A stretch of 64,000 nucleotides of DNA from an uncultured Hyphomicrobiales bacterium (GCA_964650885.1 CAZYXG010000002.1:7696-71695); one strand, 5' to 3'. Shown: positions 29,692 through 40,867, counted from the stretch's first letter. The notes: generated by a model from the letters alone, not told the origin. Translations and numbers: made by a program.

Positions 29692-30446
29692 AACTTTTGC
29701 GGATACATTTGGAAATAAGTCAAATAATTCAAATCAGCAGGAGATTCCAAAATTAGTAATTTAGTATCTACTGCAGCAGTAATATCAATTTGAAATTCCT
29801 CGTTAATAATCATAAAGTCATCATCAACCATACTCTTATTATTAATTTCAATACTGCCTTTCAAACAGTAAATTGAATAATAAGCATTCATTTCCAAAGC
29901 AAGTAAATGATTTCCAGTAAAGAAAGTAATTTCTTTCAAACGAGTGCCATAAGTCTCCATTTCAACAGGAGAACCACTGCCAATCAAAGTAATAATTTTT
30001 TTCTTATCCGATTCAATTTCTGGTAAAATATCAGTAGAGTAGTTATAAACAGCAGGAGATTTAACCATAGTTTTTCTCAAATCGGGATTAAACCAAATTT
30101 GGATTACTTGAGTTCCACGTCCGTAACGTTCGGTGTGTTGCATTCCTTTGCCAGGTTTCATCAGTTGAACATCGCCAGAAAGGAGTTTCACCCATTCTTT
30201 AGTAATTGTATCAAACTGCTCAATAACACCTTTCACAACAAAAGTTATAATTTCAAAGCCCTGATGTCCATGCAAAGGTATTTGTCCACCTTCTTCGCTA
30301 AATAAGCTTGCCCAATAAAATAAGTTAGAATAAGGTTTCAATGGTCCCTTATCCTGAGGAAATGCTATTGGCTTATTTTCTTCAATTTCGCCTTCGCCAA
30401 ATTCGTTTATTACTTGATTTTCTTTAAGATACAATTCTATTGACAT
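29685..30446 (-). CDS. pirin-family cupin protein
   Basis: PLHGHQGFEIITFVVKGVIEQFD parallels the pirin signature HPHRGFETVTYVLEG..H.D. 253 aa. Confidence 0.75.
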   Translation of the reverse strand: MSIELYLKENQVINEFGEGEIEENKPIAFPQDKGPLKPYSNLFYWASLFSEEGGQIPLHGHQGFEIITFVVKGVIEQFDTITKEWVKLLSGDVQLMKPGKGMQHTERYGRGTQVIQIWFNPDLRKTMVKSPAVYNYSTDILPEIESDKKKIITLIGSGSPVEMETYGTRLKEITFFTGNHLLALEMNAYYSIYCLKGSIEINNKSMVDDDFMIINEEFQIDITAAVDTKLLILESPADLNYLTYFQMYPQKFQ

Positions 30447-30487
30447 AAACTTTTGCTTGTTAATTTATTGAGTTATTTTAGCAAATA

Positions 30488-31582
30488 TTATGCCACTGTG
30501 ATACTTTCATCTAAGTAAACGTCTTGTATCAAGTTCAAAAGCTTAATTCCTTCATTTAAAGGACGTTGGAATGATTTTCTACCCGAAATTAAACCCATAC
30601 CGCCAGCTCGTTTGTTAATTACAGCTGTTTCTACTGCTTCTGTAAAATCATTATCCCCAGAAGCCCCACCAGAATTGATTAAACCAGCTCTTCCCATATA
30701 GCAATTAGCCACTTGGTATCTTGTCAAATCAATCGGATGCTCTGAAGTTAATTCTGTATAAACTCTATTATCAATTTTTCCGTAGCCAGAATCACCCATA
30801 TTCATAGCTTTATAGCCACCATTATTTGTAGGCAATTTTTGCTTTATAATGTCTGCACCAATAGTAACTCCTAAGTGATTTGCTTGACCAGTCAAATCAG
30901 TAGATGTATGGTAATCTTGGTCTTTTTTGAAATCTGGATTGCGTAAATAACACCAAAGTACAGTTGCCATTCCCATTTCGTGAGCCAAAGCAAATGCTTC
31001 AGATACTTCTTGGATTTGTCTGGCACTCTCATCAGAGCCAAAATAAATTGTAGCACCCACAGCTGCTGCACCCATATTGTAAGCAGTTTCTATGTTGCCA
31101 AACATAATTTGGTCGAATTTATTAGGGAATGTAAGTAACTCATTGTGGTTAATTTTCACAATAAATGGAATTTTATGTGCATATTTTCTTGACATAATGC
31201 CAAGCACACCAAAAGTAGATGCAACTGCATTGCAGCCACCTTCAATTGCTAATTTAATAATGTTTTCAGCATCGAAATAATCAGGGTTTTTAGCAAAACT
31301 TGCTCCAGCACTATGCTCAATTCCTTGATCTACAGGCAAAATTGATAAATATCCAGTTCCAGCCAATCTGCCTTGATTGAACATTCTATTCAAGTTAATT
31401 AAAACTCTATTGTTTCTGTCTGAATTGATAAATATATCATCAATAAAATTTTTGTTTGGTAAGTGCAATCTTGATTTTGGGATTTTTGGATTATTGAAAT
31501 TCAATAAATATTCACTTTTATCGCCCAATAATTCTTGGATTTTATTCATCATTTGATTTACATTAGAAAATTCAAAAAACAA
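30488..31582 (-). CDS. fbaB: class I fructose-bisphosphate aldolase (DhnA/FbaB type)
   Basis: Near-colinear identity blocks with E. coli FbaB: [90 protein letters not shown]. Confidence 0.9.
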   Translation of the reverse strand: MFFEFSNVNQMMNKIQELLGDKSEYLLNFNNPKIPKSRLHLPNKNFIDDIFINSDRNNRVLINLNRMFNQGRLAGTGYLSILPVDQGIEHSAGASFAKNPDYFDAENIIKLAIEGGCNAVASTFGVLGIMSRKYAHKIPFIVKINHNELLTFPNKFDQIMFGNIETAYNMGAAAVGATIYFGSDESARQIQEVSEAFALAHEMGMATVLWCYLRNPDFKKDQDYHTSTDLTGQANHLGVTIGADIIKQKLPTNNGGYKAMNMGDSGYGKIDNRVYTELTSEHPIDLTRYQVANCYMGRAGLINSGGASGDNDFTEAVETAVINKRAGGMGLISGRKSFQRPLNEGIKLLNLIQDVYLDESITVA

Positions 31583-31846
31583 ATATAAGTAATCTTAGTT
31601 ACTTAATATATTTTGTTTTTCAAAAAATATTATCAAATAAATAGTATAAGCATTATATAAATAAAATAATTAAAGAAAAGAGTTAACAAAAGAAATTGTT
31701 AAGATTCAATGAAATTATTGATCCACTTTGCTTACTTTAAGCAAATTCACTTAAATTGCTTTTTATGGATTTGCAAATCTCTTAAATAGATATTTAGAAG
31801 TTTTGTTATTTGTAGTTACTTTCTTCTTTCAAACGATTGATAAATA

Positions 31847-32059
31847 ATGATATTAGTTTACGTAAATTATTTTTTCAGACTCCTGATTATTGCATTTGGG
31901 CTTTTCTTACTTTTTGGTAATGTGATGCCTGAAAACAAAAGTTTTGCTGATTTTAAAATCTTTGGTGTTATTATAACTTTATTCGGCTTCTATCGTTTAG
32001 TAATGTATCACATCAATCTGCGAAAACAGAAATATGAGTATGAAAATGATGAAGAATAA
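31847..32059 (+). CDS. possible small two-helix membrane protein
   Basis: 70 aa with two hydrophobic helices (LLIIAFGLFLLFG; IFGVIITLFGFY). It overlaps the start of the next gene. Only ORF-level support. Confidence 0.25.
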   Translation: MILVYVNYFFRLLIIAFGLFLLFGNVMPENKSFADFKIFGVIITLFGFYRLVMYHINLRKQKYEYENDEE

Positions 32060-32960
32060 AAAAATAAAACTAACTTTTGTACTGACACTCCTATCTATAC
32101 TTTTTCTTTCAAACTCTTGTGAATCCAGATTTGAATCAAAACAAGTCAATGATGGGGAAACTGCCAATTCAGGAAAGCTCACGATTGAAATTGATGATGA
32201 AATTGCAACTATGATGGATTCAGCACTTGCTATGTATAGAGTGCAATATAAAAATGTAGCACTCACAAATTCATACGTAAATGCAAGAAAGGCTATGGCA
32301 TCGTTACTCAGCGGTAAACTAAGAGTAGTGGTTATTTCCAGAAATTACCTTGCCGATGAAGACTCACTTATGAAAGCCTATAAAGTAGAAAAACATCAGA
32401 AAGTGAAAATTGCCGATGATGCACTTGTTTTCTTTGTGAATAAAGAGTCTAAAATGGACACTTTAAATCAAAATGATATAATTCAACATTTCAATCAAGA
32501 AAAAGATTTTTTACCTTCTAAAGTACTTATCACAAATGTAAATAGCTCAGTCTATGGCAATTTTGTGAATATTTTGCAGAAGAAAAAAATAATAACACAA
32601 AAGTTAAGCTTTAAAAAAACAACTAATGAAGTTATAAGAGAAGTAGAAAAATCGAATAGTGCAATTGGGGTGGCTTACCTTTCACAAATTGCTAAAAACG
32701 AGAAAGTAAAACCAATCAAAATATCTTATTATGACTCTTTAAACGTTTACACAAAAGGGCTAAATGTACATCAGTCTAATTTAGTTCAAAAAAAGTATCC
32801 TTTTATTGTAAGTCATTATGCTTATCTTCTTGAAAATCATCAGGATTTGCCATATTGGTTTGCATTCTATTTAGGTAAAGAATTTAAAGTTCAGAAATTG
32901 TTTTTAGATGCTGGAATTGTACCAGCATATGCAATAATCAAATTGAAATACGATGAATAA
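32034..32960 (+). CDS. PstS-like (phosphate-binding, periplasmic binding protein fold) lipoprotein
   Basis: Lipoprotein signal ...LFLSNSCES. PstS-family blocks (GKLTIEIDDEIATMMDSALAMYRVQYKNVALT; VVISRNYLADED; SAIGVAYLSQ). No pstCAB genes adjacent. Confidence 0.5.
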   Translation: MSMKMMKNKKIKLTFVLTLLSILFLSNSCESRFESKQVNDGETANSGKLTIEIDDEIATMMDSALAMYRVQYKNVALTNSYVNARKAMASLLSGKLRVVVISRNYLADEDSLMKAYKVEKHQKVKIADDALVFFVNKESKMDTLNQNDIIQHFNQEKDFLPSKVLITNVNSSVYGNFVNILQKKKIITQKLSFKKTTNEVIREVEKSNSAIGVAYLSQIAKNEKVKPIKISYYDSLNVYTKGLNVHQSNLVQKKYPFIVSHYAYLLENHQDLPYWFAFYLGKEFKVQKLFLDAGIVPAYAIIKLKYDE

Positions 32961-34734
32961 AAAATTTAAAATCAACAAAACTATAATCGGGGAGACGATG
33001 ACTTACAAAAAAGTAATTCTGTTATTCTTATTCTTAGGAAGCACTTTAGCTTATGCTCAGAATAACGCAAACACTTTTAAAAGTTTCTTTAATCAAAAGA
33101 TGTATTCTGAAGCTGTGAAGTATGCTACTCTTGCTTCAGCAGAATTGCCAAAAGATCAAAACTTACAAATTCAAATTGGCGATGCCTTTTTGGAAGTGGA
33201 AAAAGTAGATTCTGCTTTGGTTTATTTTAAAAAAGCTGATGATATTAAAGATGATTTGCCTCAAGTTCTTCGCAGAATTGGCAGATGCTATTCAATCAAA
33301 GGCGATACAAAACAAGCAATTAAAATTTTAAATAATGCAATTAGCGAAGATAAAAAGCAAATTGAAAGCTATATTGAACTTGCAGATCATTATATCCGCA
33401 ATAAAGATTTGGCTAATGCAGAAAAAGAAATCACTAGAGCTGAAAAATTAGCTCCAAAAGACCCCAAAGTGAAAATAGCTTTTGGCGATATGTATTTTGA
33501 GCAAGGCGTTTATGAACTTTCTAAAAATTCATTTAATGAGGCATTGGAGTTAGATCCAAATCTAATCGTTGCTCGTGAAAAACTTGCTGAGTCTTATAAT
33601 TGGCTTGGTGCTAGAGAAACTGCCGATATGGATTTGAAAAACGAATACTATAAGCTTTCTCTTGAAGAATGGACTAACGTGGCAAAAGCCGATACTAACA
33701 ATGCAAAAGCTTATTTCAATATTGGGAAAATCCTTTTCTTCTCAAAACAATACGCACAAGCTTTACCATCTTTAATTAGATACACTAAAATGAAACCAGA
33801 AATCCCAACTGCACGCTGGTTTATGGCATTAAGCTTTATTGAATTGAATGCCCCAGATTCAGCCTTACCTCATTTGATTTACTCTGCCAAAAATATTGAC
33901 TCTGTGAAGTACAAAGCAACTCTTGAGTATGCTCGTACATTATTTAGTGCTAAGAAATACAAAGAATCTATTGATGAATTCAATGGTATTTTTGCTTCGA
34001 ATGACACTAACTATAATTCAGAATTAGTTTTTAATGATTATACAAAAGTAGGTCAAGCTTATTTGAACATTAAAGACACAACTAAATCACTTGAAACTTA
34101 TACTGCTTTAATAGCAAAATATCCAAATCAATCTTGCGGTTTGACTTATGCTACTGGTAGATTTGCAATTGCAGCTAAAAAGTACGACCAAGCTGTAAAT
34201 ATATTTATGACAAGATTGAACAATGAAACTTGCAAAGTAGATGGTAAAGACTCATTGGAAAGCCAAATCAGATATTATATGGGTACTGCCTATCTTTATT
34301 CTGCTAAATACGACCAAGCAATAGTTGAATACAATAAATCAATTGCTTTGGATTCCAAACAACTTTCTATTTATTCAAGTTTAGCTGAAACATATCTGCA
34401 AAAAGACGATAAAGAAAACGCTACTTTGAACTACAGAAAATATATTGAAATGGCTAAAGTAGATTCAATTGCAAATAAACAAGGTATTTCTCAAAGCTAT
34501 CAAAGACTTTGTGGCTTCGCAGTAGATGCAAAAGATGTTAAAAAGCTAAATGAAATTTCTAAAGAGTGGTCTGAAGTTACTCCAGATGTACCAACTGCAT
34601 TTTTCTATCTTGCAGTTAGCTATCAATCTTTGAAAGACGCAAAAAATGCTTGTGAGTCTTATAAAAAGGTGCTAGAGTTAGACCCAGCTAATGCTAAAGC
34701 AACAGATGCTATCACAAAGTTAAAGTGTAAATAA
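32953..34734 (+). CDS. tetratricopeptide-repeat protein with a signal peptide
   Basis: Multiple 34-aa TPR units (W-LG-Y-A-F-P patterns, e.g. AKAYFNIGKILFFSKQYAQALPSL). A likelier start is the ATG at 32998 (MTYKKVILLFLFLGSTLAYAQ). Confidence 0.7.
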   Translation: MNKKFKINKTIIGETMTYKKVILLFLFLGSTLAYAQNNANTFKSFFNQKMYSEAVKYATLASAELPKDQNLQIQIGDAFLEVEKVDSALVYFKKADDIKDDLPQVLRRIGRCYSIKGDTKQAIKILNNAISEDKKQIESYIELADHYIRNKDLANAEKEITRAEKLAPKDPKVKIAFGDMYFEQGVYELSKNSFNEALELDPNLIVAREKLAESYNWLGARETADMDLKNEYYKLSLEEWTNVAKADTNNAKAYFNIGKILFFSKQYAQALPSLIRYTKMKPEIPTARWFMALSFIELNAPDSALPHLIYSAKNIDSVKYKATLEYARTLFSAKKYKESIDEFNGIFASNDTNYNSELVFNDYTKVGQAYLNIKDTTKSLETYTALIAKYPNQSCGLTYATGRFAIAAKKYDQAVNIFMTRLNNETCKVDGKDSLESQIRYYMGTAYLYSAKYDQAIVEYNKSIALDSKQLSIYSSLAETYLQKDDKENATLNYRKYIEMAKVDSIANKQGISQSYQRLCGFAVDAKDVKKLNEISKEWSEVTPDVPTAFFYLAVSYQSLKDAKNACESYKKVLELDPANAKATDAITKLKCK

Positions 34735-34763
34735 AACTTTACTTTTCAACTAAATGCAATAAA

Positions 34764-34789
34764 AAGGGAGAAATAGTCTCCCTTTTTTT
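34764..34789 (+). terminator. rho-independent terminator after the TPR gene
   Basis: AAGGGAGA-AATAG-TCTCCCTT hairpin followed by TTTTTT. Confidence 0.65.
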
Positions 34790-34843
34790 GTTATTTCTTA
34801 ACTTTTTCGTAAATTTGTAGATATATTCTTTGGAAATTAATAA

Positions 34844-35350
34844 ATGTTTAAGATTTACATACAAGGACTTCAAACAGGGGAGAACAAAATTCAACTTACT
34901 GAAGAAGCCAATGTATTCAAAGATAAGCACGAAAAGTTTACTGGTAATGTTGTTTTAAACGGTACTTTATTTAAAAATAGTTTTAAATATACCCTGAAAG
35001 CAAGTATTAAAGGGACGGCAGTGCTTACTTGCGACCGAACATTAGAAGAATTTGAAGAGCCAATCGAAGCTGAAATGAGATTGGAACTATTTGAAAATTT
35101 AGATAAAGACAGAAACAATTTATCCGAAGAAGATGTTGTCATTATTGAAAAAGAAGACAAATACATAGACATTAATGATAACGTTTATGAAGAACTCGTA
35201 CTTTCTTTGCCAATGAGAAGACTATCGCCAAAAGTTAGGCATCTTTCATTTGGAGATCTTTATCCAGAACTAAGTGCAGAAGAGCAAATGCCCGAAACCG
35301 AAGAATTAAGAAATCAGTGGGCTGCTTTAAAAAATTTGAAATTGAATTAA
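34844..35350 (+). CDS. yceD: YceD/DUF177 family protein (23S rRNA accumulation protein)
   Basis: 168 aa, acidic, with the CxRC-like block LTCDRTLEEFEEPIE. It sits in the conserved position upstream of rpmF-plsX. Confidence 0.75.
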   Translation: MFKIYIQGLQTGENKIQLTEEANVFKDKHEKFTGNVVLNGTLFKNSFKYTLKASIKGTAVLTCDRTLEEFEEPIEAEMRLELFENLDKDRNNLSEEDVVIIEKEDKYIDINDNVYEELVLSLPMRRLSPKVRHLSFGDLYPELSAEEQMPETEELRNQWAALKNLKLN

Positions 35351-35383
35351 TTTAAGTAATCAGTATAAGAGAAAAGGACAACA

Positions 35384-35560
35384 ATGCCACACCCGAAGAG
35401 AAAAATATCTAAGACAAGACGAGATAAAAGACGTACGCACTATAAAGCGTTTGCTTCAGCTATTATGGGTTGCCCTAATTGCAGTGCACCAAAGTTGCGT
35501 CATGCAGCTTGCCCAGAATGTGGATATTATAACGGAAGACAAATTCTAACAATTAGCTAA
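35384..35560 (+). CDS. rpmF: 50S ribosomal protein L32
   Basis: 58-aa ORF MPHPKRKISKTRRDKRRTHYKAFASAIMGCPNCSAPKLRHAACPECGYYNGRQILTIS. It has the L32 N-terminal basic block and a C4 zinc ribbon. It is missing from the supplied track (<60 aa). Confidence 0.9.
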   Translation: MPHPKRKISKTRRDKRRTHYKAFASAIMGCPNCSAPKLRHAACPECGYYNGRQILTIS

Positions 35561-35595
35561 TTTAGCAATTGTAATTTCTTCTTAAAACATTCAAT

Positions 35596-36633
35596 ATGAT
35601 TGAAAACAAACAATCTTCCTCTAAAATGAAAATAGCCATTGACGCTATGGGTAGCGATTTCGCTCCTGTGAGCGAAATTGAAGGTGTGTTATTAGCATTT
35701 AAGGAAATTTTAAATAAAAATAAAGTGGAGATTGTTTTCGTTGGAGACGAAAGCAAAATAAATGCTTGTATCAAAAATTATGATATGAGCAATACTTGTT
35801 TTAGTATCCTTCATGCTGATGAAGTCGTTACTATGCACGACGACCCAACTCAAGCTTTGAAAACGAAAAAGAACTCATCTATTTACAAAGGTATCGCTAG
35901 TTTGAGAGATGGAACTGTTGATGCCTTTTTTTCTGCTGGTAACACTGGTGCTATGCTCACTTTTTCTACTGTTCTGCTTGGCAGAATTAAAAATGTCAGC
36001 AGGCCCACTATTGGGACTTTCTTTCCGAGAATTGAAAATAAACCGACATTAATTGTTGATGCTGGAGCAAATGCTGAAGTAAAACCTCAATTCTTATACG
36101 AATTTGCAATTATGGGAAGTATTTATTCTGAACTTATGTTTGGAATAAACAAACCCAAAGTTGGTTTACTCAATATTGGCGAAGAAGAAACCAAAGGAAC
36201 TACAATAGTACAAGAAGCATACCAATTGCTTAAAAACAGTAAATTGAATTTTGTTGGCAATGTAGAAGGTAGAGATTTATTTTTCGATGTTGCCGATGTT
36301 GTTGTTTGCGATGGATTCACAGGCAATGTTGTACTTAAATTTGCAGAAAGCATTGTGCCTTTCTTGAAAAGTGCAGTAAAAAATTATTCCGAAAAAAGTT
36401 TCGGAAAAATGTTGAAAGTAGGGCTTCTTGCTCCCACTCTCAAAGAAATATTGATTGACTTAGATTACCAACAATATGGCGGCGTTCCTTTGCTTGGAGT
36501 AAATGGAGTTGTAATTATTGGACACGGAAAGTCATCGGCTTTGGCAGTTAAAAACGCACTTTTGCGTGCTAAAGAATCTATTGAAAAAGAAGTAAATTCT
36601 AAAATTGAAAAAGCTTTATTGGATTTGAAATAA
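35596..36633 (+). CDS. plsX: phosphate acyltransferase PlsX
   Basis: MKIAIDAMGSDFAP...GNTGAM...DGFTGNVVLK are PlsX signatures. An alternative start at 35626 (MKIAIDAMG) matches canonical PlsX N-termini. Confidence 0.9.
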   Translation: MIENKQSSSKMKIAIDAMGSDFAPVSEIEGVLLAFKEILNKNKVEIVFVGDESKINACIKNYDMSNTCFSILHADEVVTMHDDPTQALKTKKNSSIYKGIASLRDGTVDAFFSAGNTGAMLTFSTVLLGRIKNVSRPTIGTFFPRIENKPTLIVDAGANAEVKPQFLYEFAIMGSIYSELMFGINKPKVGLLNIGEEETKGTTIVQEAYQLLKNSKLNFVGNVEGRDLFFDVADVVVCDGFTGNVVLKFAESIVPFLKSAVKNYSEKSFGKMLKVGLLAPTLKEILIDLDYQQYGGVPLLGVNGVVIIGHGKSSALAVKNALLRAKESIEKEVNSKIEKALLDLK

Positions 36634-36636
36634 AAT

Positions 36637-37626
36637 ATGTCAGCTACAATCACATCAATTGCACACTATCTTCCTCCAGATGTTTATCCAAACTCTTATT
36701 TTGAGAGTTTTTTGGAAACCAACGATCAATGGATAGTTGATAGAACTGGTATTTATGAAAGAAGATTCGCCAAAGATGGTGCTACTTCCGATTTAATTGT
36801 TCCAGCAGCAAAACTTTGCCTTGAAAAAGCTGGTCTCACACCAAACGATATTGATTGTGTGTTAGTAGCAACAGTTACTCCCGATCATCAATTCCCAGCT
36901 ACTGCTGCAGTGGTGCAGCATAAGTTAGGAATTAAAAACGCTTGGGGCTTCGATATTTCAGCAGCTTGCTCAGGTTTCCTTTTTGCATTCGTTACTGCAT
37001 GTAAATTAGTGGAAGGTGGAGCAGCAAAAAGAGTTCTTCTTTGCGGTGCCGATAAAATGAGTTCAATTATGAATTTCAAAGATAGAAGCCACGCAATTAT
37101 CTTTGGTGATGGTGCAGGCGTTTGTCTTATAGAAAAATCTGATGATGATTCAATGGGAATGCTCGACCAAATTCTTCGTATTGATGGCTATGGTGGTCAG
37201 TTTTTGAAGCAAATTGCAGGAGGTTCATTCAAACCAGCAAGTGCTGAAACAGTGGCAAACGAAGAACATTTTATCTATCAAGATGGTAAAGCAGTCTTCA
37301 AAGCAGCTGTTATAGGTATGGCCGATGTATCGGCTGAAATTATGCAAAAAAATAATCTCACTAGCGATGACATCGCTTGGTTAGTGCCTCACCAAGCAAA
37401 TCTTAGGATTATTGATGCCACTGCAAACCGTATGGGATTATCGAAAGATAAAGTGATGATTAACATACATAAGTATGGAAATACAACTGCAGCAACTCTG
37501 CCACTTTGCCTTTCTGAATGGAATGACAATGGACAATTGAAAAAAGGCGACAACATTATCTTATCTAGCTTTGGTGCTGGTTATACTTGGGGTGCTGTCT
37601 ATTTGAAATGGAATATGAATAAGTAA
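36637..37626 (+). CDS. fabH: 3-oxoacyl-ACP synthase III
   Basis: Active-site Cys block AACSGFLFAF, HQAN, and GNTTAATLP motifs. Confidence 0.9.
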   Translation: MSATITSIAHYLPPDVYPNSYFESFLETNDQWIVDRTGIYERRFAKDGATSDLIVPAAKLCLEKAGLTPNDIDCVLVATVTPDHQFPATAAVVQHKLGIKNAWGFDISAACSGFLFAFVTACKLVEGGAAKRVLLCGADKMSSIMNFKDRSHAIIFGDGAGVCLIEKSDDDSMGMLDQILRIDGYGGQFLKQIAGGSFKPASAETVANEEHFIYQDGKAVFKAAVIGMADVSAEIMQKNNLTSDDIAWLVPHQANLRIIDATANRMGLSKDKVMINIHKYGNTTAATLPLCLSEWNDNGQLKKGDNIILSSFGAGYTWGAVYLKWNMNK

Positions 37627-37627
37627 T

Positions 37628-38554
37628 ATGAGTAAAGCGTTATTATTTTCTGGTCAGGGCTCTCAGTATGTTGGAATGCTTAAAGAAGTAAGTAGTAAAT
37701 TCCCATCTATTGAGCAAAAGCTAAACCAAGCAAATGAAATATTGGGCTTCGACATCAAAGAAATTATGTTCGAAGGACCAGCTGAAAAATTAAAAGAAAC
37801 TCGCTACACACAACCTGCACTTTTCTTGCATAGTGCTTGTTTATTCGATTTAATTAAAGATAAATTAGAATATTCAGTTGTGGCAGGTCACTCAGTAGGT
37901 GAATTTGCCGCACTTTATGCTGCTGGAGTTATCTCTTTTGAAGATTCACTTAAATTAGTTGCTCTACGTGGTAATTTAATGTTCACGGCAGGCGAAAAAG
38001 TACTAGGTACTATGTTCGCTGTGATTGGTGTAGCAGATGAAAAAGTAGAAGAAATTTGCAACACATTAACACAGAATGGCAATGGTAATGTAGTTGTGGC
38101 AGCAAACTTTAACTCAACTGGACAAGTGGTTGTTTCTGGTTCGGCAGAATATTTGCGAGCAAACGCTAGTGCATTTAAAGAAGGCGGAGCTAAAATGGTA
38201 AGCGAATTGCAAGTGAGTGGAGCATTTCACTCACCACTAATGCAACCCGCAAAAGAAGAATTAGAAGCTGCAATCAATAAAATCAGCTTCAATAATGCAA
38301 ATGTTCCAGTTTATGTAAATATATCTGGACTGCCAGTTAGCGATGCAAATGAATTGAAAATTTCATTGATAAAGCAATTAACTTCAGCGGTTCGTTGGAC
38401 TCAAACAATGAATAATATGCACGCAAACAGCATCAATGCTTACATAGAGATTGGACCAAGCAAAGTTTTGCAAGGATTAACTAAGCGTACTTTATCGGGA
38501 GTAGAAATCAGCGGATTTGATACTTTTGCCGATATTGAAAAAATTATAGCGTAA
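37628..38554 (+). CDS. fabD: malonyl-CoA:ACP transacylase
   Basis: GHSVGEFAAL active-site motif; QPALF block. Confidence 0.9.
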   Translation: MSKALLFSGQGSQYVGMLKEVSSKFPSIEQKLNQANEILGFDIKEIMFEGPAEKLKETRYTQPALFLHSACLFDLIKDKLEYSVVAGHSVGEFAALYAAGVISFEDSLKLVALRGNLMFTAGEKVLGTMFAVIGVADEKVEEICNTLTQNGNGNVVVAANFNSTGQVVVSGSAEYLRANASAFKEGGAKMVSELQVSGAFHSPLMQPAKEELEAAINKISFNNANVPVYVNISGLPVSDANELKISLIKQLTSAVRWTQTMNNMHANSINAYIEIGPSKVLQGLTKRTLSGVEISGFDTFADIEKIIA

Positions 38555-38575
38555 TTTCTTAATATTTTTTATAAT

Positions 38576-39325
38576 TTGCTTCTTATGGAATTTAACTTTT
38601 CAAATAAAGTAGGTATTGTTACTGGTGGTGCAAAAGGAATTGGGAAAGGAATTACTCAATTTTTAGCCCAAAGTGGTGCATTGGTCTGTGTTTTCGGCAG
38701 AAGTTTGCCAGAAGGCGATTTCTTCGATAATGCAGAATTAAATAGCAAAGTGAAATTTTACAACGTGGATGTTAGCAATTTGAAAAGCGTAACAGAAGCA
38801 GTAGAATCAATTAAAGCAGAATTTGGAAAAATAGATTTCCTAATCAATAACGCAGGAATCACTAAAGACAATCTCGTATTGAGAATGTCCGAAGAAGATT
38901 GGGACGCAGTATTGAATATAAATTTAAAAGGTTCATTCAATATGGCAAAAGCCGTATCGAAAGTAATGCTATCTCAACGCCAAGGCAGAATCATTAATAT
39001 TGGTTCTATAGTAGGCACAACTGGCAATGCAGGACAAGTGAACTATTCAGCTTCAAAAGCTGGTATGATAGGAATGACAAAATCTTTAGCAAAAGAATTT
39101 GCATCAAGAAACATTTTAGTTAATTTAGTAGCTCCTGGATTTATCGAAACTGATATGACTTCGAAACTAAATCCTGAACAATTAGCTAAGTATGTTGAAA
39201 ATATCCCTTTAAAAAGGGCTGGGCAGCCAAACGATATTGCTCGTGTGGTCGCTTTCTTTATTTCCGATTTGTCTAGCTATATAACTGGTCAAATTATCCA
39301 TGTAGATGGTGGATTAGCAATTTAA
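38576..39325 (+). CDS. fabG: 3-oxoacyl-ACP reductase
   Basis: SDR motifs TGGAKGIG...NAG...YSASKAG. A likely alternative start lies at 38585 (MEFNF...). Confidence 0.9.
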   Translation: MLLMEFNFSNKVGIVTGGAKGIGKGITQFLAQSGALVCVFGRSLPEGDFFDNAELNSKVKFYNVDVSNLKSVTEAVESIKAEFGKIDFLINNAGITKDNLVLRMSEEDWDAVLNINLKGSFNMAKAVSKVMLSQRQGRIINIGSIVGTTGNAGQVNYSASKAGMIGMTKSLAKEFASRNILVNLVAPGFIETDMTSKLNPEQLAKYVENIPLKRAGQPNDIARVVAFFISDLSSYITGQIIHVDGGLAI

Positions 39326-39357
39326 TATTTTTTTTCATTTTATTTTTAGGGTATATA

Positions 39358-39594
39358 ATGTCAGATATCAGAACTAAGGTTGTTGATATAATCGTTAACA
39401 AATTGGGTGTTGAACAATCGCAAGTAACAGATGAAGCATCTTTCACTTTGGATTTAGGTGCAGATTCTTTGGATACTGTTGAGTTAATCATGGAATTTGA
39501 AAAAGGTTTTGATTTGACTATCGAAGATAGTGACTCAGAAAAAATCAAAACTGTAGGCGATGTTGTTAGTTTACTTACTGAAAAATTAGGATAA
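39358..39594 (+). CDS. acpP: acyl carrier protein
   Basis: [16 protein letters not shown], the phosphopantetheine-attachment Ser motif. 78 aa. Confidence 0.95.
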   Translation: MSDIRTKVVDIIVNKLGVEQSQVTDEASFTLDLGADSLDTVELIMEFEKGFDLTIEDSDSEKIKTVGDVVSLLTEKLG

Positions 39595-39607
39595 TCTAAA
39601 GTTTATT

Positions 39608-40867
39608 ATGCCAAGATATGACTTCCCAAAAGTAGTTGTTACTGGAATGGGGGCTGTTACTCCTTTGGGGAACACCCTTCAAGACTATTGGACTGGACTT
39701 ATCAATGGTGTCAGCGGTGCTGGACCAATTACTAAGTTTGATTCCAAAGACTACGACACGAAATTTGCTTGCGAAGTGAAAAACTATGATTCCGCGCTTC
39801 ATATCAATAGAAAAGAAGCTGGGAGAATGGACTTATTCACTCAATATGCAATGTCTGCCACAGCTATGGCTTTGGAAGATTCTGCTTTAGACTTAGAGTC
39901 TATCGATAGAGATAGAGTAGGTGTAATTATTGGTTCTGGTATTGGCGGAATGTGGACTTACCACACTCAGCAAGAAACTTTGTACCAAAGAGATGGAAAA
40001 CCCGATAGGATTTCTCCTTTCTTTGTGCCAATGTTAATTTCTGATATTGCCGCTGGACAAGTTGCTATTAGATGGGGATTAAAAGGACCCAACTATGCTA
40101 CTGTGTCTGCTTGTGCCACTTCTTCACACTCTATTGCCGATGCTCTAATGCTTTTGCAACGCGGCGATGCCGATGTAATAGTTGCGGGCGGTAGCGAAGC
40201 TGTCGTTTGCCCAATGGGTGTTGGTGGTTTCAATGCTATGAAAGCACTATCTCGTAGAAATGACGAGCCTCTTTTGGCTTCTCGTCCTTTCGATAAAAAT
40301 AGAGATGGATTCGTGATTGGCGAAGGTGCTGGCATATTAATCTTAGAAACATTAGAACACGCTCAAGCTCGTGGGGCCAAAATCTATGCTGAATTAGCTG
40401 GATTTGGTTTGACTGACGATGCCTATCATCTAACTGGTACTGCTCCTGGCGGTGAAGGTGCTGTTCGCTCCATGCGTCAGTGCTTGAAAGATGCTGGATT
40501 GCAACCAGAAGACATAGGATACATCAATGCTCACGGTACTTCTACTCCTGTCGGAGATAAAAGTGAATCGCAAGCTATCAATACTGTTTTTGGCGAACAC
40601 GCTAAAACTGGCTTGCATGTTAGCTCCACCAAATCTATGACTGGACATTTGCTTGGTGCCGCTGGTGCTATCGAAGCGATTGCTACTGTTATGGCGATTA
40701 AGAATGGAATTTTACCTCCAAACATTAATTATGATACAGCCGATCCAGAATGTGAAATTAATTTAGTGGCAAACACTGCTATGAAAAAAGAAGTGAAAGC
40801 TGCTATTAGTAATACCTTCGGTTTTGGTGGACACAATGCTTCACTTTGCTTTAAAGCAATGAATTAA
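39608..40867 (+). CDS. fabF: 3-oxoacyl-ACP synthase II
   Basis: KAS II blocks: ACATSSHSIADA (active-site Cys), HGTSTPVGD, GHLLGAAG. Confidence 0.9.
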   Translation: MPRYDFPKVVVTGMGAVTPLGNTLQDYWTGLINGVSGAGPITKFDSKDYDTKFACEVKNYDSALHINRKEAGRMDLFTQYAMSATAMALEDSALDLESIDRDRVGVIIGSGIGGMWTYHTQQETLYQRDGKPDRISPFFVPMLISDIAAGQVAIRWGLKGPNYATVSACATSSHSIADALMLLQRGDADVIVAGGSEAVVCPMGVGGFNAMKALSRRNDEPLLASRPFDKNRDGFVIGEGAGILILETLEHAQARGAKIYAELAGFGLTDDAYHLTGTAPGGEGAVRSMRQCLKDAGLQPEDIGYINAHGTSTPVGDKSESQAINTVFGEHAKTGLHVSSTKSMTGHLLGAAGAIEAIATVMAIKNGILPPNINYDTADPECEINLVANTAMKKEVKAAISNTFGFGGHNASLCFKAMN

